From positions 32,001 through 96,000 of the forward strand of contig CAVWHX010000012.1 in the NCBI GenBank assembly GCA_963754925.1: 64,000 bases of DNA. Direction: 5' to 3'. Position numbers and translations under genes: made by a program. Below, piece by piece: positions 28,409 through 37,444 of this stretch (positions are counted from its first letter, which is position 1; each line of letters starts with the position of its first letter). The stretch is from an uncultured delta proteobacterium (GTDB lineage: Bacteria > Myxococcota > B64-G9). The notes beneath the pieces were generated by a model that was not told the origin of the DNA, searched no databases, and was given only the letters and a program-made list of their open reading frames with translations.

Positions 28409-31400
28409 TGGAAGTCGTGCGAACAGGGGGCCGGTATCGGTTCTCTCAATTCGCAAACGCTCTCGGCCCGCAGATTGGTAACGCCGTCCCTTCGTTGGAG
28501 TCGGCCCTCGACCAGCAAACCCATGGCGGTAACAATCAACGCCCGCTGGCTTTCAAACAATGCCGGGTTAATGACCACGTTGCAAAGCCCGCTTTCGTCC
28601 TCAAGGGTCAGAAAGCACATGCCCTTGGCGGTGGGTGGCCGTTGGCGGGTGATCACGACGCCGGCCACCCGTACCCGCGAGCCGTCGGCCTGTTGCGTGA
28701 GCGCCGCCGCCGGCAACACCCCCTGTCGATGGAGCTGCGACCGTAGATGGGCAAGCGGGTGTGGACCCACGGTCAGACTCGCATGCTGGTAGTCAGCCGC
28801 CGTGCGTTCGGCCGCGCTCATCTCTGGCAGCGGACAGCGATCCGCCGAGGGCGGCAAACGCTGCAGCAGCCCCCGCCCGCTATCGTCAAACGCCGCCACC
28901 TGCCACAGCGCCTCCCGGCGCCGCAACCCGAAGCTGCCGAAGGCCCCGAGCTCGGCCAATGTCATACGTTCGTTTTCTTGCAGGCGACAGCGGCGCTGGA
29001 ACTCGGCCAGGTCGCGAAACGGTCCGCGCCGCTGCTCCTCTTCGATGCGTTCTCCCGCTTGCCGACGCAGCCCGGCCACAAACCGCAGGCCAAGCCGCAC
29101 GGCTCGATCCGGATCGATCCGGCACAGCCAACCCGAATGCGCTACATCAAGAGGTCGCATCGCTTGGCCGTGGCGCTGAGCATCCTTGACGATCGTGGCC
29201 GGGTGGTAAAAGCCCAGCGGCCAGGCATTGAGCAGGGCGCAGGTAAAAGCCGCCGGATGATGCGCCTTCAAATAGGCCGAGGCATAGACCAGCAGGGCGA
29301 AGCTGGCCGCGTGCGATTCGGGAAACCCGTACTTGCCCAGGAAACTTACGATCTGCTCGACGATCTCGTCGGCCGCCGCGCCTGCGATCCCGTGGTCGGA
29401 AAGCCCCGCCCGCAGGGCCTGCTCGTGCCGCTGATACCGGCGGCTCGTGCGCCATTTCATGGCCCGGCGCAGCTCTTCCACCTGGGCCACGTTAAAGCCG
29501 GCTGCGGCCATGGCCATGCGCATGACTTGCTCCTGAAAGATCGGCACCCCGAGGGTGCGCGCCAAAATCGGCTCCAGACAGGGGTGGGTGTAGCGTACCG
29601 GCTCGCGGCCGGCGCGCCGCTGGAGGTAGGGATGCACCATCTTGCCGCCGATTGGTCCCGGCCGGATCAGCGCCACCTCCACTACCAAATCATAAAAGCA
29701 CCGCGGGCGCAGGCGCGGTAGGGTGTTCATCTGGGCGCGGCTCTCCACCTGAAACACGCCAACCGTATCCGCCCGCCGCAACATGGCGTAGACCTTCGGG
29801 TCATCCGCAGGCAGGTGGGCCAGATCCAGATCGACTCCCTCATGGGCCACAACCAACGGCACGGCCTGCGTGAGGAGGTTCAACATTCCCAACCCCAGCA
29901 GGTCCACCTTGATCAGCCCCAGGTCGGCGCAGTCGTCCTTGTTCCACTGAACCACGCTACGGCCCGGCATACTGGCCGGCTCGAGCGGCACCACCTCGTC
30001 CAGTCGGCCGGCCGCCAAAACCATGCCGCCGCTGTGCTGGCCGAGGTGGCGCGGGAGGTCTACGATCGCAGCGCACAGCTCAAGCAGTTGCCGCACCCGC
30101 GGCTCGGCACTATCCAACCCGGCCGCGGCCGCGCCCTCCGCAAGCGATCCGTGCCGGCCGGACAGCGCCAGCATGCGCGCCAGGCGCGGTTCCGGCAATC
30201 CCAGCACCTTGCCGACCTCGCGCACCGCCAGGCGCTCTTGATAGGTAATCACGTTGGCGGTCATGGCCGCACCGACCGCGCCATAGCGCCGGTAGACGTA
30301 CTGAATCACCTCCTCGCGGGGATCGCCGGAAGGCAGGTCTAGATCGATATCGGGCCATTGCCCACGCTCCTCGGACAGAAAACGCTCGAACAACAAATCC
30401 ATCCCGACCGGATCGACGGCGGTTATCCCCAAGCTGTAGCACACGGCGCTGTTGGCGGCCGAGCCGCGGCCCTGCACCATGATGCCGCGTTCGCGGCAAA
30501 AGCGGCAGATATCCCAAACCACCAGAAAGTAGCCGGCCAGATCGAGCTTGGCGATGAGTTGCAGCTCCTTGGCAAGCTGCTCGGCGTGGCGCGGTTGGAG
30601 CGGCCGGTAGCGCCAGCGCGCGCCTTCTTGGACCAGCCGGTGGAGAAAACTAAAGGGCGTTTCATTGGCCGGGACCGGGTAATCCGGAAAGCGGTAGCCA
30701 AGCTGCGCGAGGGTAAACTCGCAGCGTTCGGCCACCCGCCGGGTGTTGTACAGCGCACCAGGGGCATCCGCAAAGAGCTGCGCCATGGCCGCGCCTGACT
30801 TGAGGTAGTGTTCGGCGTTGGCATGCAGCCGCGCGCCGGCGCGGTCCAGGGTAACCTTCTCGCGTAGGCAGGTAAACACGTCCAACACCCGCCGCCCGCT
30901 GGGGAGCGCATAGCGCACGTCGTTGCTGGCCAGAAGCGCAAGCCCAACGCTTTCGGCGACAGCGCGCCGGGCGTCGCTGCGTCGGGCCTCGGCGCGATCG
31001 AAGTGCCGGCCGAGCTCCACCCAGATATCCTGCGGACCAAAGCCGCGTCGCAGCGGGGCAAGCAGCTCGGTGACCGCCCCACTTACGCCGGTTGCAAGCG
31101 CGTGATCGATTAATCCGCCCGCCAAACACAGTAACCCCTTGGCATGCTCTTCCACCTGGGCCAGGGTCACTCGGCAACGCCCCTTGGGTTGATCGCGATG
31201 ACCGAGGGTAATCAGCCGGCACAGGTTGCGGTAGCCGATCCGATCCTTGACCAGTAACGAAATCCGCAAGAGATTGTTGTCGAGCGATTTGCCCCCGTCA
31301 GGGGGCGCGAGACTTACAAGCTCTTGTCCTCTGGACGGCGGCGCACCCATCCACACCTCGCCGTGCAACGCCAGATCGGCTCCTACCAAGGGACGGATAC

Positions 31401-31575
31401 CCACCTCTTGGCAGGCGCGGAAAAAGCGCGGCGCCCCGTACAGGCCGTCCTGATCGACGAGCGCCAGCGCCTCCATGCGAAGATCGGCCGCCACCTCCGC
31501 CAGCTCTTCGGGAGCAGAAGCCGCCGAAAGGAAACTAAACGCGCTCTTGCAGCACAGCTCGATATAGTCACTCAT
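28405..31575 (-). CDS. dnaE2: error-prone DNA polymerase III alpha subunit
   Basis: PHP domain, GRGSAANS, PDIDLD, KVDLLGLG, YGFPESHAASF, C-terminal SHDFH; lies downstream of imuAB. Confidence 0.95.
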   Translation of the reverse strand: MSDYIELCCKSAFSFLSAASAPEELAEVAADLRMEALALVDQDGLYGAPRFFRACQEVGIRPLVGADLALHGEVWMGAPPSRGQELVSLAPPDGGKSLDNNLLRISLLVKDRIGYRNLCRLITLGHRDQPKGRCRVTLAQVEEHAKGLLCLAGGLIDHALATGVSGAVTELLAPLRRGFGPQDIWVELGRHFDRAEARRSDARRAVAESVGLALLASNDVRYALPSGRRVLDVFTCLREKVTLDRAGARLHANAEHYLKSGAAMAQLFADAPGALYNTRRVAERCEFTLAQLGYRFPDYPVPANETPFSFLHRLVQEGARWRYRPLQPRHAEQLAKELQLIAKLDLAGYFLVVWDICRFCRERGIMVQGRGSAANSAVCYSLGITAVDPVGMDLLFERFLSEERGQWPDIDLDLPSGDPREEVIQYVYRRYGAVGAAMTANVITYQERLAVREVGKVLGLPEPRLARMLALSGRHGSLAEGAAAAGLDSAEPRVRQLLELCAAIVDLPRHLGQHSGGMVLAAGRLDEVVPLEPASMPGRSVVQWNKDDCADLGLIKVDLLGLGMLNLLTQAVPLVVAHEGVDLDLAHLPADDPKVYAMLRRADTVGVFQVESRAQMNTLPRLRPRCFYDLVVEVALIRPGPIGGKMVHPYLQRRAGREPVRYTHPCLEPILARTLGVPIFQEQVMRMAMAAAGFNVAQVEELRRAMKWRTSRRYQRHEQALRAGLSDHGIAGAAADEIVEQIVSFLGKYGFPESHAASFALLVYASAYLKAHHPAAFTCALLNAWPLGFYHPATIVKDAQRHGQAMRPLDVAHSGWLCRIDPDRAVRLGLRFVAGLRRQAGERIEEEQRRGPFRDLAEFQRRCRLQENERMTLAELGAFGSFGLRRREALWQVAAFDDSGRGLLQRLPPSADRCPLPEMSAAERTAADYQHASLTVGPHPLAHLRSQLHRQGVLPAAALTQQADGSRVRVAGVVITRQRPPTAKGMCFLTLEDESGLCNVVINPALFESQRALIVTAMGLLVEGRLQRRDGVTNLRAESVCELREPIPAPCSHDFH
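31267..31335. repeat. palindromic element inserted in frame in dnaE2
   Basis: Reverse complement GGACAAGAGCTTGTAAGTCTCGCGCCCCCTGACGGGGGCAAATCGCTCGACAACAATCTCTTG. Confidence 0.8.
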
Positions 31576-31760
31576 GGCATAACTTCGGCAAGCGGTAAGT
31601 ATTCCGTTTCGAGCAGTAGTAATGCCACGCGCCGGGTGACGCCGAGCAGGGGGCCCCCCGCCGGCGCGGAATCATCGCGTCTTTGCGATGATGAGCACCG
31701 CCGGGGGATGCAAGGCGGCAGGACCCGGCGAGCATCTTCAACCGAATGCTTACGTTTCAT
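31572..31760 (-). CDS. possible small protein between imuB and dnaE2
   Basis: AAGGGAG RBS; ATGA overlap with the dnaE2 start; no recognisable family. Confidence 0.35.
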   Translation of the reverse strand: MKRKHSVEDARRVLPPCIPRRCSSSQRRDDSAPAGGPLLGVTRRVALLLLETEYLPLAEVMP

Positions 31761-31778
31761 TAGTAAACAACTCCCTTT

Positions 31779-33564
31779 TCAGCCACAAATTCCATCCACA
31801 AACCAATCGCTCGTTTGGCGATCTTGATACAATCGGTACACCTCGCCGCCGGCGAGCTCTACCTCGTAGTAATCCCGATTGACGTTATCTTCCGCCCACC
31901 AGCCGCGCTCCACCCGCCATGGCCCGGCTGAAAAGCGCACCCGTCCCTGAATGTGTCCGCCCCGCAGGAGGACCGGCTGCGCGTGCTCCAACCATACCTG
32001 CACCGGCAGCGGAGGCCGCAATGCCCGCAGCGGCGGGTTTTCCAGAGCGACACCTCGCAGCCCTTTGTCGCTTCCTTTCCCTAAAGGGATAAGAGACTGT
32101 AACTCCCTTCGGTCGTAACAGTCTCTAAGGTCTGCTTTGTTCTGTCGCTCCGTATGCACTTGAGTTATGTCGCTCGACATCGCTCTCGCCACTGGCGGAT
32201 CGAACGGCACCAGAGTAAAGTCGTCGGGCCGATGCGAATCGCGAAGCCGCGGGGACCCTACCCGTCCCTCGCCGGCCACCAGGGCCGTCAGGCGCGCCAA
32301 GGCCTCATCCAGCTTCGCCTTCGCCGGCGTGGGGGGTGCAAACAGCTCTGCCTGGCTCGCCCGACGCACCGCTCCCTCGGCCTCGACGCGCAACCCCACA
32401 ACCGGCGCCCGGGGCGGCGTACGTTCCAACTCGAGCCGCACCAACGTAAGCCAGGTGCGGGCCTCGAGCCGAGGGCGCCGCCACCGCAAGCGTCCGTACC
32501 TCGCTCCCGGTCGGCGCAAGGCGTAACGTCAGTAGAAGCCGCGCCGCTGTAAGCCCGCGGATGTCGAGTCGCGCAAAAAGCCGCGTCAACACCCCCTGCA
32601 ACCCGAACAGAAGCGGCGTAACCTGCTCCAACGGGTACTCAATATCCAGCTCCTCCACGAACTGTTCTGGCTGCTTTTCGGCAACAAAAGGATCCTGTTC
32701 CTCCCCGCGGGCGAGCCGCCACAGCCGCACCCCCTCTGGTCCCAGCCGCCGGGCGAGGCCATCCGCCGGCAGCTCGGCCAGTTGACCGATGCGCTCGATC
32801 CCGAAACGCGCCAGGGCGGCCTGCAGCGAAGCCGCACGCAGCGAAGCCGCACGCAGCGAAGCCGGCGCGTCGAGCCACGCCAACGGCAGCGGCGCCAGAA
32901 AGGAGCGCTCCCGCCCATCCGGCACCACCCACACCCCCGCCCCCTGGCGTGCGGCTAGAGAGGCTACCAACAGGCTCGTTGCGATGCCCACCTGCGCCGG
33001 CAGGCCCACGCGAGCGGCGCGTGCCGCGAGAGCCGATCCAAGCTGGATTTCCCACCTCGAGCGCGATGTCTGCGTTGTTGCTTCGGATTGGGTCCTCGAC
33101 ATAGATCCTACTATGTCTGCGGCCCAATCTTCGCAACGCCTTGACCTCTCGCCCGATCTGGGAAATCCTGTATTTTGCAGCGGGAGATTTTGGCCAAGCT
33201 GCGCGCTGGAAGAAAGCCGCTTCGTCCCCGCCAGGTCCAGCAGCACCGCCCCGCGCTCATCCCAGGCCACCCGCGGTGAGAAGGCCCGGCCGACGTCGAG
33301 AAGAGCCGCCTGCGCCGAGCGGACCAGTGCCGGCATCAACGGCCGCACCTGCAGCTCCGGCACCAACGCGCGTGCGCCGGTTATCCGCATGCCGGGCGTC
33401 ACCCCGGCTTCCCGAGCAGCCAAATTACACTCCCGCACCGCCGCCCGACTGCCCTCTCCGTCAGTTATGGCCAGGGGCAGATCGCTAAGCTGCGGTTCGG
33501 CCCGTATGGCCGCCGCCAACGCTAAATCCGGCACCAGCAAACACCCAAAACGCTTCAAGCCCAT
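31779..33564 (-). CDS. imuB: ImuB (Y-family polymerase-like) with one apparent frameshift near 32470 and in-frame palindromic insertions
   Basis: AREAGVTPGM, FSPRV, C-terminal GPWRVERGWW...RDYY; the two ORFs join as RTLAVAAPSLEARTWL after removing one G. Confidence 0.85.
32078..32128. repeat. two-hairpin element inserted in frame in imuB
   Basis: TCCCTAAAGGGATAAGAGACTGT...ACAGTCTCTAA, read as RDCYDRRELQSLIPLG. Confidence 0.85.
32823..32864. repeat. 15-bp tandem repeat in imuB (about 2.8 copies)
   Basis: GCAGCGAAGCCGCAC units, giving ASLRAASLRAASLQ. Confidence 0.8.
33045..33168. mobile_element. 124-nt imperfect palindrome (MITE/REP-like, second family) in frame in imuB
   Basis: Nested arms GGATTTCCCA/TGGGAAATCC, GCGTTG/CAACGC, GATTGGG/CCCAATC, GACATAG/CTATGTC. 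Confidence 0.7.
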
Positions 33565-33569
33565 ACGCT

Positions 33570-33625
33570 GTCCCCTTCGGGGATAAGAGCCTGTAAGCCT
33601 CGCAAAGCTCGGCAACAGGCTCTAA
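33570..33625. repeat. two-hairpin element between imuA and imuB, overlapping the imuA stop
   Basis: TCCCCTTCGGGGATAAGAGCCTGT...ACAGGCTCTAA. Confidence 0.85.
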
Positions 33626-34327
33626 TAGCGCTTCCGGCGGAGGCGGAAAGACAGCTCAATCCCCTCCAAAAAGCGCACCCCGCGCCCCCCCCAACGCGCA
33701 GGATCCGCCTGGACCTCTAGCACCAAGCTGCTCCCGGTCAGAACCGTGCGGCAGGCTGACAGAACCACCACCACGGTCTGGGTTTCCCGGGCGCACTTGT
33801 CTAAGCGCAGCCAACCCCCTGAAGGGATAAGAGATTCTAAGCCTCGCTCCCCCTGCCGGGGACAAGTCGCTCGGCAAGAATCTCTTAGAGACCGTCCGGA
33901 AGATACCCACAGATCCACCACGAGCAACCCAAACCCGCCGGTCTCGAGGATTACCTCTGCCGTGCGCAAGGCCGCCTTCCAACCGCGCGGCCGCACCCAG
34001 AGCAGCCGCTCAAGATCCACGCCGGCGTGCACGGCAGAAGCGGCGACAAACCCGTCCACCGGATCAACCAGCGCTGCCACCTCGCCCCGACCAGAGGCAG
34101 TAGCAAGCAAAGCATAGAGGACGGTTGCCCCACCGCCGGCCGTTATCACCACCTCGCTGATCCGACCGCGGGGCAGACCCCCGCGGCAAACCCGATTCGA
34201 GCTCGGGCAAGCCGCTTTCCGCCAGCGAAGGCGTGGTCGCCAGCTCGCTCGCCGGCCGCACCAGTTGGCGGCGTCGGAGATCATCAAGCCATTCGCGCGG
34301 AGAAAGACGTGCCTGCCCTGCTGCCAC
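33622..34327 (-). CDS. imuA: ImuA (RecA-like) with an apparent frameshift near 34197
   Basis: GTG at 34327 with GGAGGT RBS; removing one A gives SGLPELDRVCRGGLPRGRISEV...AALVDPVDGF...AGVDLERLLWVRP. Confidence 0.82.
33816..33887. repeat. two-hairpin element inserted in frame in imuA
   Basis: CCCCTGAAGGGATAAGAGATTCT...AGAATCTCTTA, read as RDSCRATCPRQGERGLESLIPSG. Confidence 0.85.
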
Positions 34328-34360
34328 GGTGAACCTCCACCAACCATCCTTCTGTTACTA

Positions 34361-34380
34361 TACTGAACATCTGTACAGTA
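34361..34380. promoter_or_regulatory. LexA (SOS) box upstream of imuA
   Basis: TACTGAACATCTGTACAGTA = TACTG-N10-CAGTA, 33 nt upstream of the imuA start. Confidence 0.8.
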
Positions 34381-34431
34381 TGCAAGAGGTGATTGTAAAC
34401 TTCACTTCGCTTGGACTAATCTCTAATCTCC

Positions 34432-34540
34432 ATCCCCTACGGGGATAAGAGCCCGTAAAGCTCGCTCCCCTGAAGGGACAAGAGATTGTACGCCTCGCTT
34501 CGCTCGCTACAATCTCTAGCCGTTCGCTAACGGGCTCTAA
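34432..34540. repeat. two nested two-hairpin elements
   Basis: Outer GAGCCCGT/ACGGGCTC enclosing inner GAGATTGT/ACAATCTC, each preceded by a CCC-N4-GGGA(T/C)AAG hairpin. Confidence 0.85.
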
Positions 34541-34552
34541 GGATGTATCGCT

Positions 34553-35260
34553 ATGGCAAAGATGCCAAAGAAACGCAAAAACCCTCCCCGTAAAGAACAT
34601 ACGGCCGAGTTTGAGAATCATCCGCTGGCAGGATTGAAGAAGCTGCTCCCGGCCCCTGCAGGAGCGCCGCCCAAGCCGACCCAACCCAAGCGTGCCAAGG
34701 CTGAACCGACCAACGAGGAAGAGTTGTTCCGCTCGGCGGTAGGGGGAGTGCAGCCGTTAAGCCCGCAGCATTCCCCCCTGCCGCCGCCTCCCCGCATTAA
34801 ACCGCCCGCGCCCCTCGGCAATCGCGAAGCCGAGGAGGTCATGCAGACGCTGCAAGACCTGGTGAACGGAGAGGCGCCGTTCTCAATCCACGAAACCGAT
34901 CAAGCCATCGAGGGCATGGCGGAGGGGCTCGACCAGCGCATCATGCATAAGCTGCGTTCCGGTGAGTTTGCCGTCCAGGACCATCTGGATCTGCACGGCC
35001 GTACCCGAGACGAGGCCCAGGAACTGGTGCGCCAGTTCTTACTTAACTCACTCGCCCATAGTAAACGCTGCGTATTGATCATCCACGGCCAAGGGCATGG
35101 CTCCAAGGACCACATTCCGGTGCTCAAAAACGCCCTGCGCGCCTGGTTTACGCGCGGGAGCATCGGCAAACGCATTCTGGCGTTTACCACCGCCAGACCG
35201 TGCGACGGAGGCGCGGGTGCGGTGTACGTGCTCTTGCGAAAACCTAAAGCTCGGCCATGA
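34553..35260 (+). CDS. Smr-domain protein
   Basis: LDLHG, IIHGQG, GGAGAVYVLL. Confidence 0.92.
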   Translation: MAKMPKKRKNPPRKEHTAEFENHPLAGLKKLLPAPAGAPPKPTQPKRAKAEPTNEEELFRSAVGGVQPLSPQHSPLPPPPRIKPPAPLGNREAEEVMQTLQDLVNGEAPFSIHETDQAIEGMAEGLDQRIMHKLRSGEFAVQDHLDLHGRTRDEAQELVRQFLLNSLAHSKRCVLIIHGQGHGSKDHIPVLKNALRAWFTRGSIGKRILAFTTARPCDGGAGAVYVLLRKPKARP

Positions 35261-35293
35261 CACCACCCTCTCGCTATTAGGGAGAGGGTGGTG
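35261..35293. terminator. hairpin between convergent genes
   Basis: CACCACCCTCTC-N9-GAGAGGGTGGTG; no clear U-tract. Confidence 0.5.
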
Positions 35294-35331
35294 CGCAGCC
35301 AAGCCGCACCGTAGCACCGGGTGAGGGAATC

Positions 35332-35685
35332 TTACTGGTACCGTATCAATTGATGAACGACCGCGCTTAAAACAGAAATCACCAACGCTCCCAACAACGC
35401 CCACTTGAAATTCTTGATTTTGAGCTTATCGGTCAGAGCGTCGGTAATCGACAACAGGATGGCGTCCACAAACCAGTGCGTGACCACCGACAGCAAAAAA
35501 CCGATTCCCAAGGTGGCGATACCGATGACAACATAAAAGAACCATCCCAGCAGCCAGTTGATGACGCCAAATATAGCGGCCACCACCAATGCGCCGGAAA
35601 ATCCTTTCACTTGAAAGCCGGGCAGCATCAAGGCGGTCAACCACACTATGAGGCTCAGCAATAACCAGGATAACACTATCGACAT
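35332..35685 (-). CDS. YvlD/DUF360 4-TM membrane protein ('phage holin family')
   Basis: LPGFQVKGFSGALVVAAIFGVIN...TLGIG...WALLGALVIS. Confidence 0.8.
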   Translation of the reverse strand: MSIVLSWLLLSLIVWLTALMLPGFQVKGFSGALVVAAIFGVINWLLGWFFYVVIGIATLGIGFLLSVVTHWFVDAILLSITDALTDKLKIKNFKWALLGALVISVLSAVVHQLIRYQ

Positions 35686-35699
35686 GGGTTTTTCCTTCC

Positions 35700-37025
35700 T
35701 TAGAGGTCGTCCGGTTCTTCACGTTCCCTGTCTGTCTCCTCCCCGACCTCGTGCATATGCCTTATAAAACTCGGCATCGCAACCGCTGCGACGAGTCCTA
35801 TAACAGATACGTTCGCGTAAAGAAGAGCCGCGAGAGTGCTTTTATGAGAAGTTGTCGTATTGGAGGCAACATAGATTCCGTCAGACAGGTTGCTGTAGGT
35901 TGTTGCCGTTGAGATATTGGGCTCGGGCAAAAGGGCCTGTATTATTTCCATACCATCATTAATATCGGGTGAGGTTTTGGCGACAGAAGCTAAGAGTTTT
36001 TGGATCTTGCCAATGAAGTTTGGTCCCATATAGCTGATTCCATTGGCTTCAAGGGGAAAGTCTTGAGTCGCCTGTTGAAACTCAGGAGACTGCGCAAGCG
36101 CCGCTTTTTCTGAGAAGTATTCTTTTAGAAATGTACGGTTGGTGGCGAACCATAGTCGATTGGTTTTACTATCTTTAGCCAAAACCGGCCGATAACCGCC
36201 CAAGTTGCCGGGTAGCGCCATAAAGGGCTCCAGCAACTTCAAGGCGCCATCTTCGGTCGCTTGCACCAGCGGCATCGATTTTAACTTTTCCTGGACCGCA
36301 TCGAACAAAAATCCCATGTTGTCAAACCCAAATAAAAGTTCCGTGTATGGTAATGCAATAGGAACGGTAGGCAGAGAAAACGTTTTGTCTTTATCAATGC
36401 GAATAACGCCTATCACCCTGGTATTGAGTTGATTGATGATTTCGCGGTAGGTGAACGAAAATTCCGGGATCTTTTCGTCAACCTTGGATGCTAGTTGGTC
36501 GGCTTCATTGCTCGCGATGTCGCGCAGCACAGCCATCACCATGTCATAGACAGCTTTTAAATTGAGATCATTTTCGAAAACAACATCGGCATTTTGGGGG
36601 GCCCTGCGGGGCACCTCGAGGGTATGGGGAGCACCACCGCAGATCAGCATCAAGCCTTCTCGCGGGCCCTGGTTACAAACAAACGCCTTATTCCGGTAGA
36701 TTTTTCCATCACGGTAGGAGCTCAGACCGCCGGCGACAATAGTATTCAACCCAAGCTGTTGAGCAATCTTAACGGCATCGACGTTGGCGAGTCGCTGATC
36801 TTCTTCCTTTTGTGGAATATGTTTTATCAGATTGTTGACAAATTCAGCCGCGCTCTTCACATCGCCTTCGATATCCATATACATAAAAACGGTACCACCC
36901 ATGTCTAAGTGTTTAACAACTCTTTCAAAATGGGCGGAACGATGTTCTTTAGGAACTACATCAATCTTACTGCATCCGGCTACCAGTCCTATCAGTGCGC
37001 TCAACAGCCACAGCAGGTTTTTCAT
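35700..37025 (-). CDS. hypothetical lipoprotein
   Basis: Lipobox VAGC; C-terminal hydrophobic IGLVAAVAMPSF. Confidence 0.65.
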   Translation of the reverse strand: MKNLLWLLSALIGLVAGCSKIDVVPKEHRSAHFERVVKHLDMGGTVFMYMDIEGDVKSAAEFVNNLIKHIPQKEEDQRLANVDAVKIAQQLGLNTIVAGGLSSYRDGKIYRNKAFVCNQGPREGLMLICGGAPHTLEVPRRAPQNADVVFENDLNLKAVYDMVMAVLRDIASNEADQLASKVDEKIPEFSFTYREIINQLNTRVIGVIRIDKDKTFSLPTVPIALPYTELLFGFDNMGFLFDAVQEKLKSMPLVQATEDGALKLLEPFMALPGNLGGYRPVLAKDSKTNRLWFATNRTFLKEYFSEKAALAQSPEFQQATQDFPLEANGISYMGPNFIGKIQKLLASVAKTSPDINDGMEIIQALLPEPNISTATTYSNLSDGIYVASNTTTSHKSTLAALLYANVSVIGLVAAVAMPSFIRHMHEVGEETDREREEPDDL

Positions 37026-37444
37026 TGTTTCTTCTCCCGAAAAAAAGGTGCTGATGAGCTTATACGTCGTTTGGGGCAATATACACACTTTTTACGTGTC
37101 GCGGTGTTAGTACGAAAACCCGACTCCGGTACGAAGCAGTTTTATGGATACCTATTGACTTTTTGTCTACCGACGACTATAGATAAGAAAAGTGACAGCC
37201 TGTCAGCTATGTTCTGCATCTTGAGCGTGCCAAGGGCACAGGGTCATTTCCGAACTGCCAGAGAAAGCGACTGGCCGTTCGTTGTCGTTTGGAAATGTAG
37301 TCGACGCCAGGGCGGGGACCATAATATACGCAACAGACGTTTATCGAGCCCGAAATCCGCACGGCTAATCTGATCCCGCGCATCCTGTCGATCGTGATTG
37401 GGGAAACTGCTTATTCTCGGTGCGCCGTTCGTACGAGGTGGAAC

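Noticed and set aside
35332..35685. Holin-like gene as a prophage marker
   Set aside because: The YvlD/DUF360 family is common in non-phage contexts and no phage genes are adjacent.
37089..37444. Riboswitch or ncRNA in the long intergenic region (and in 42085-42240)
   Set aside because: Only short palindromes such as TGACAGCCTGTCA are visible, with no motif I can match; an Rfam scan would be needed.
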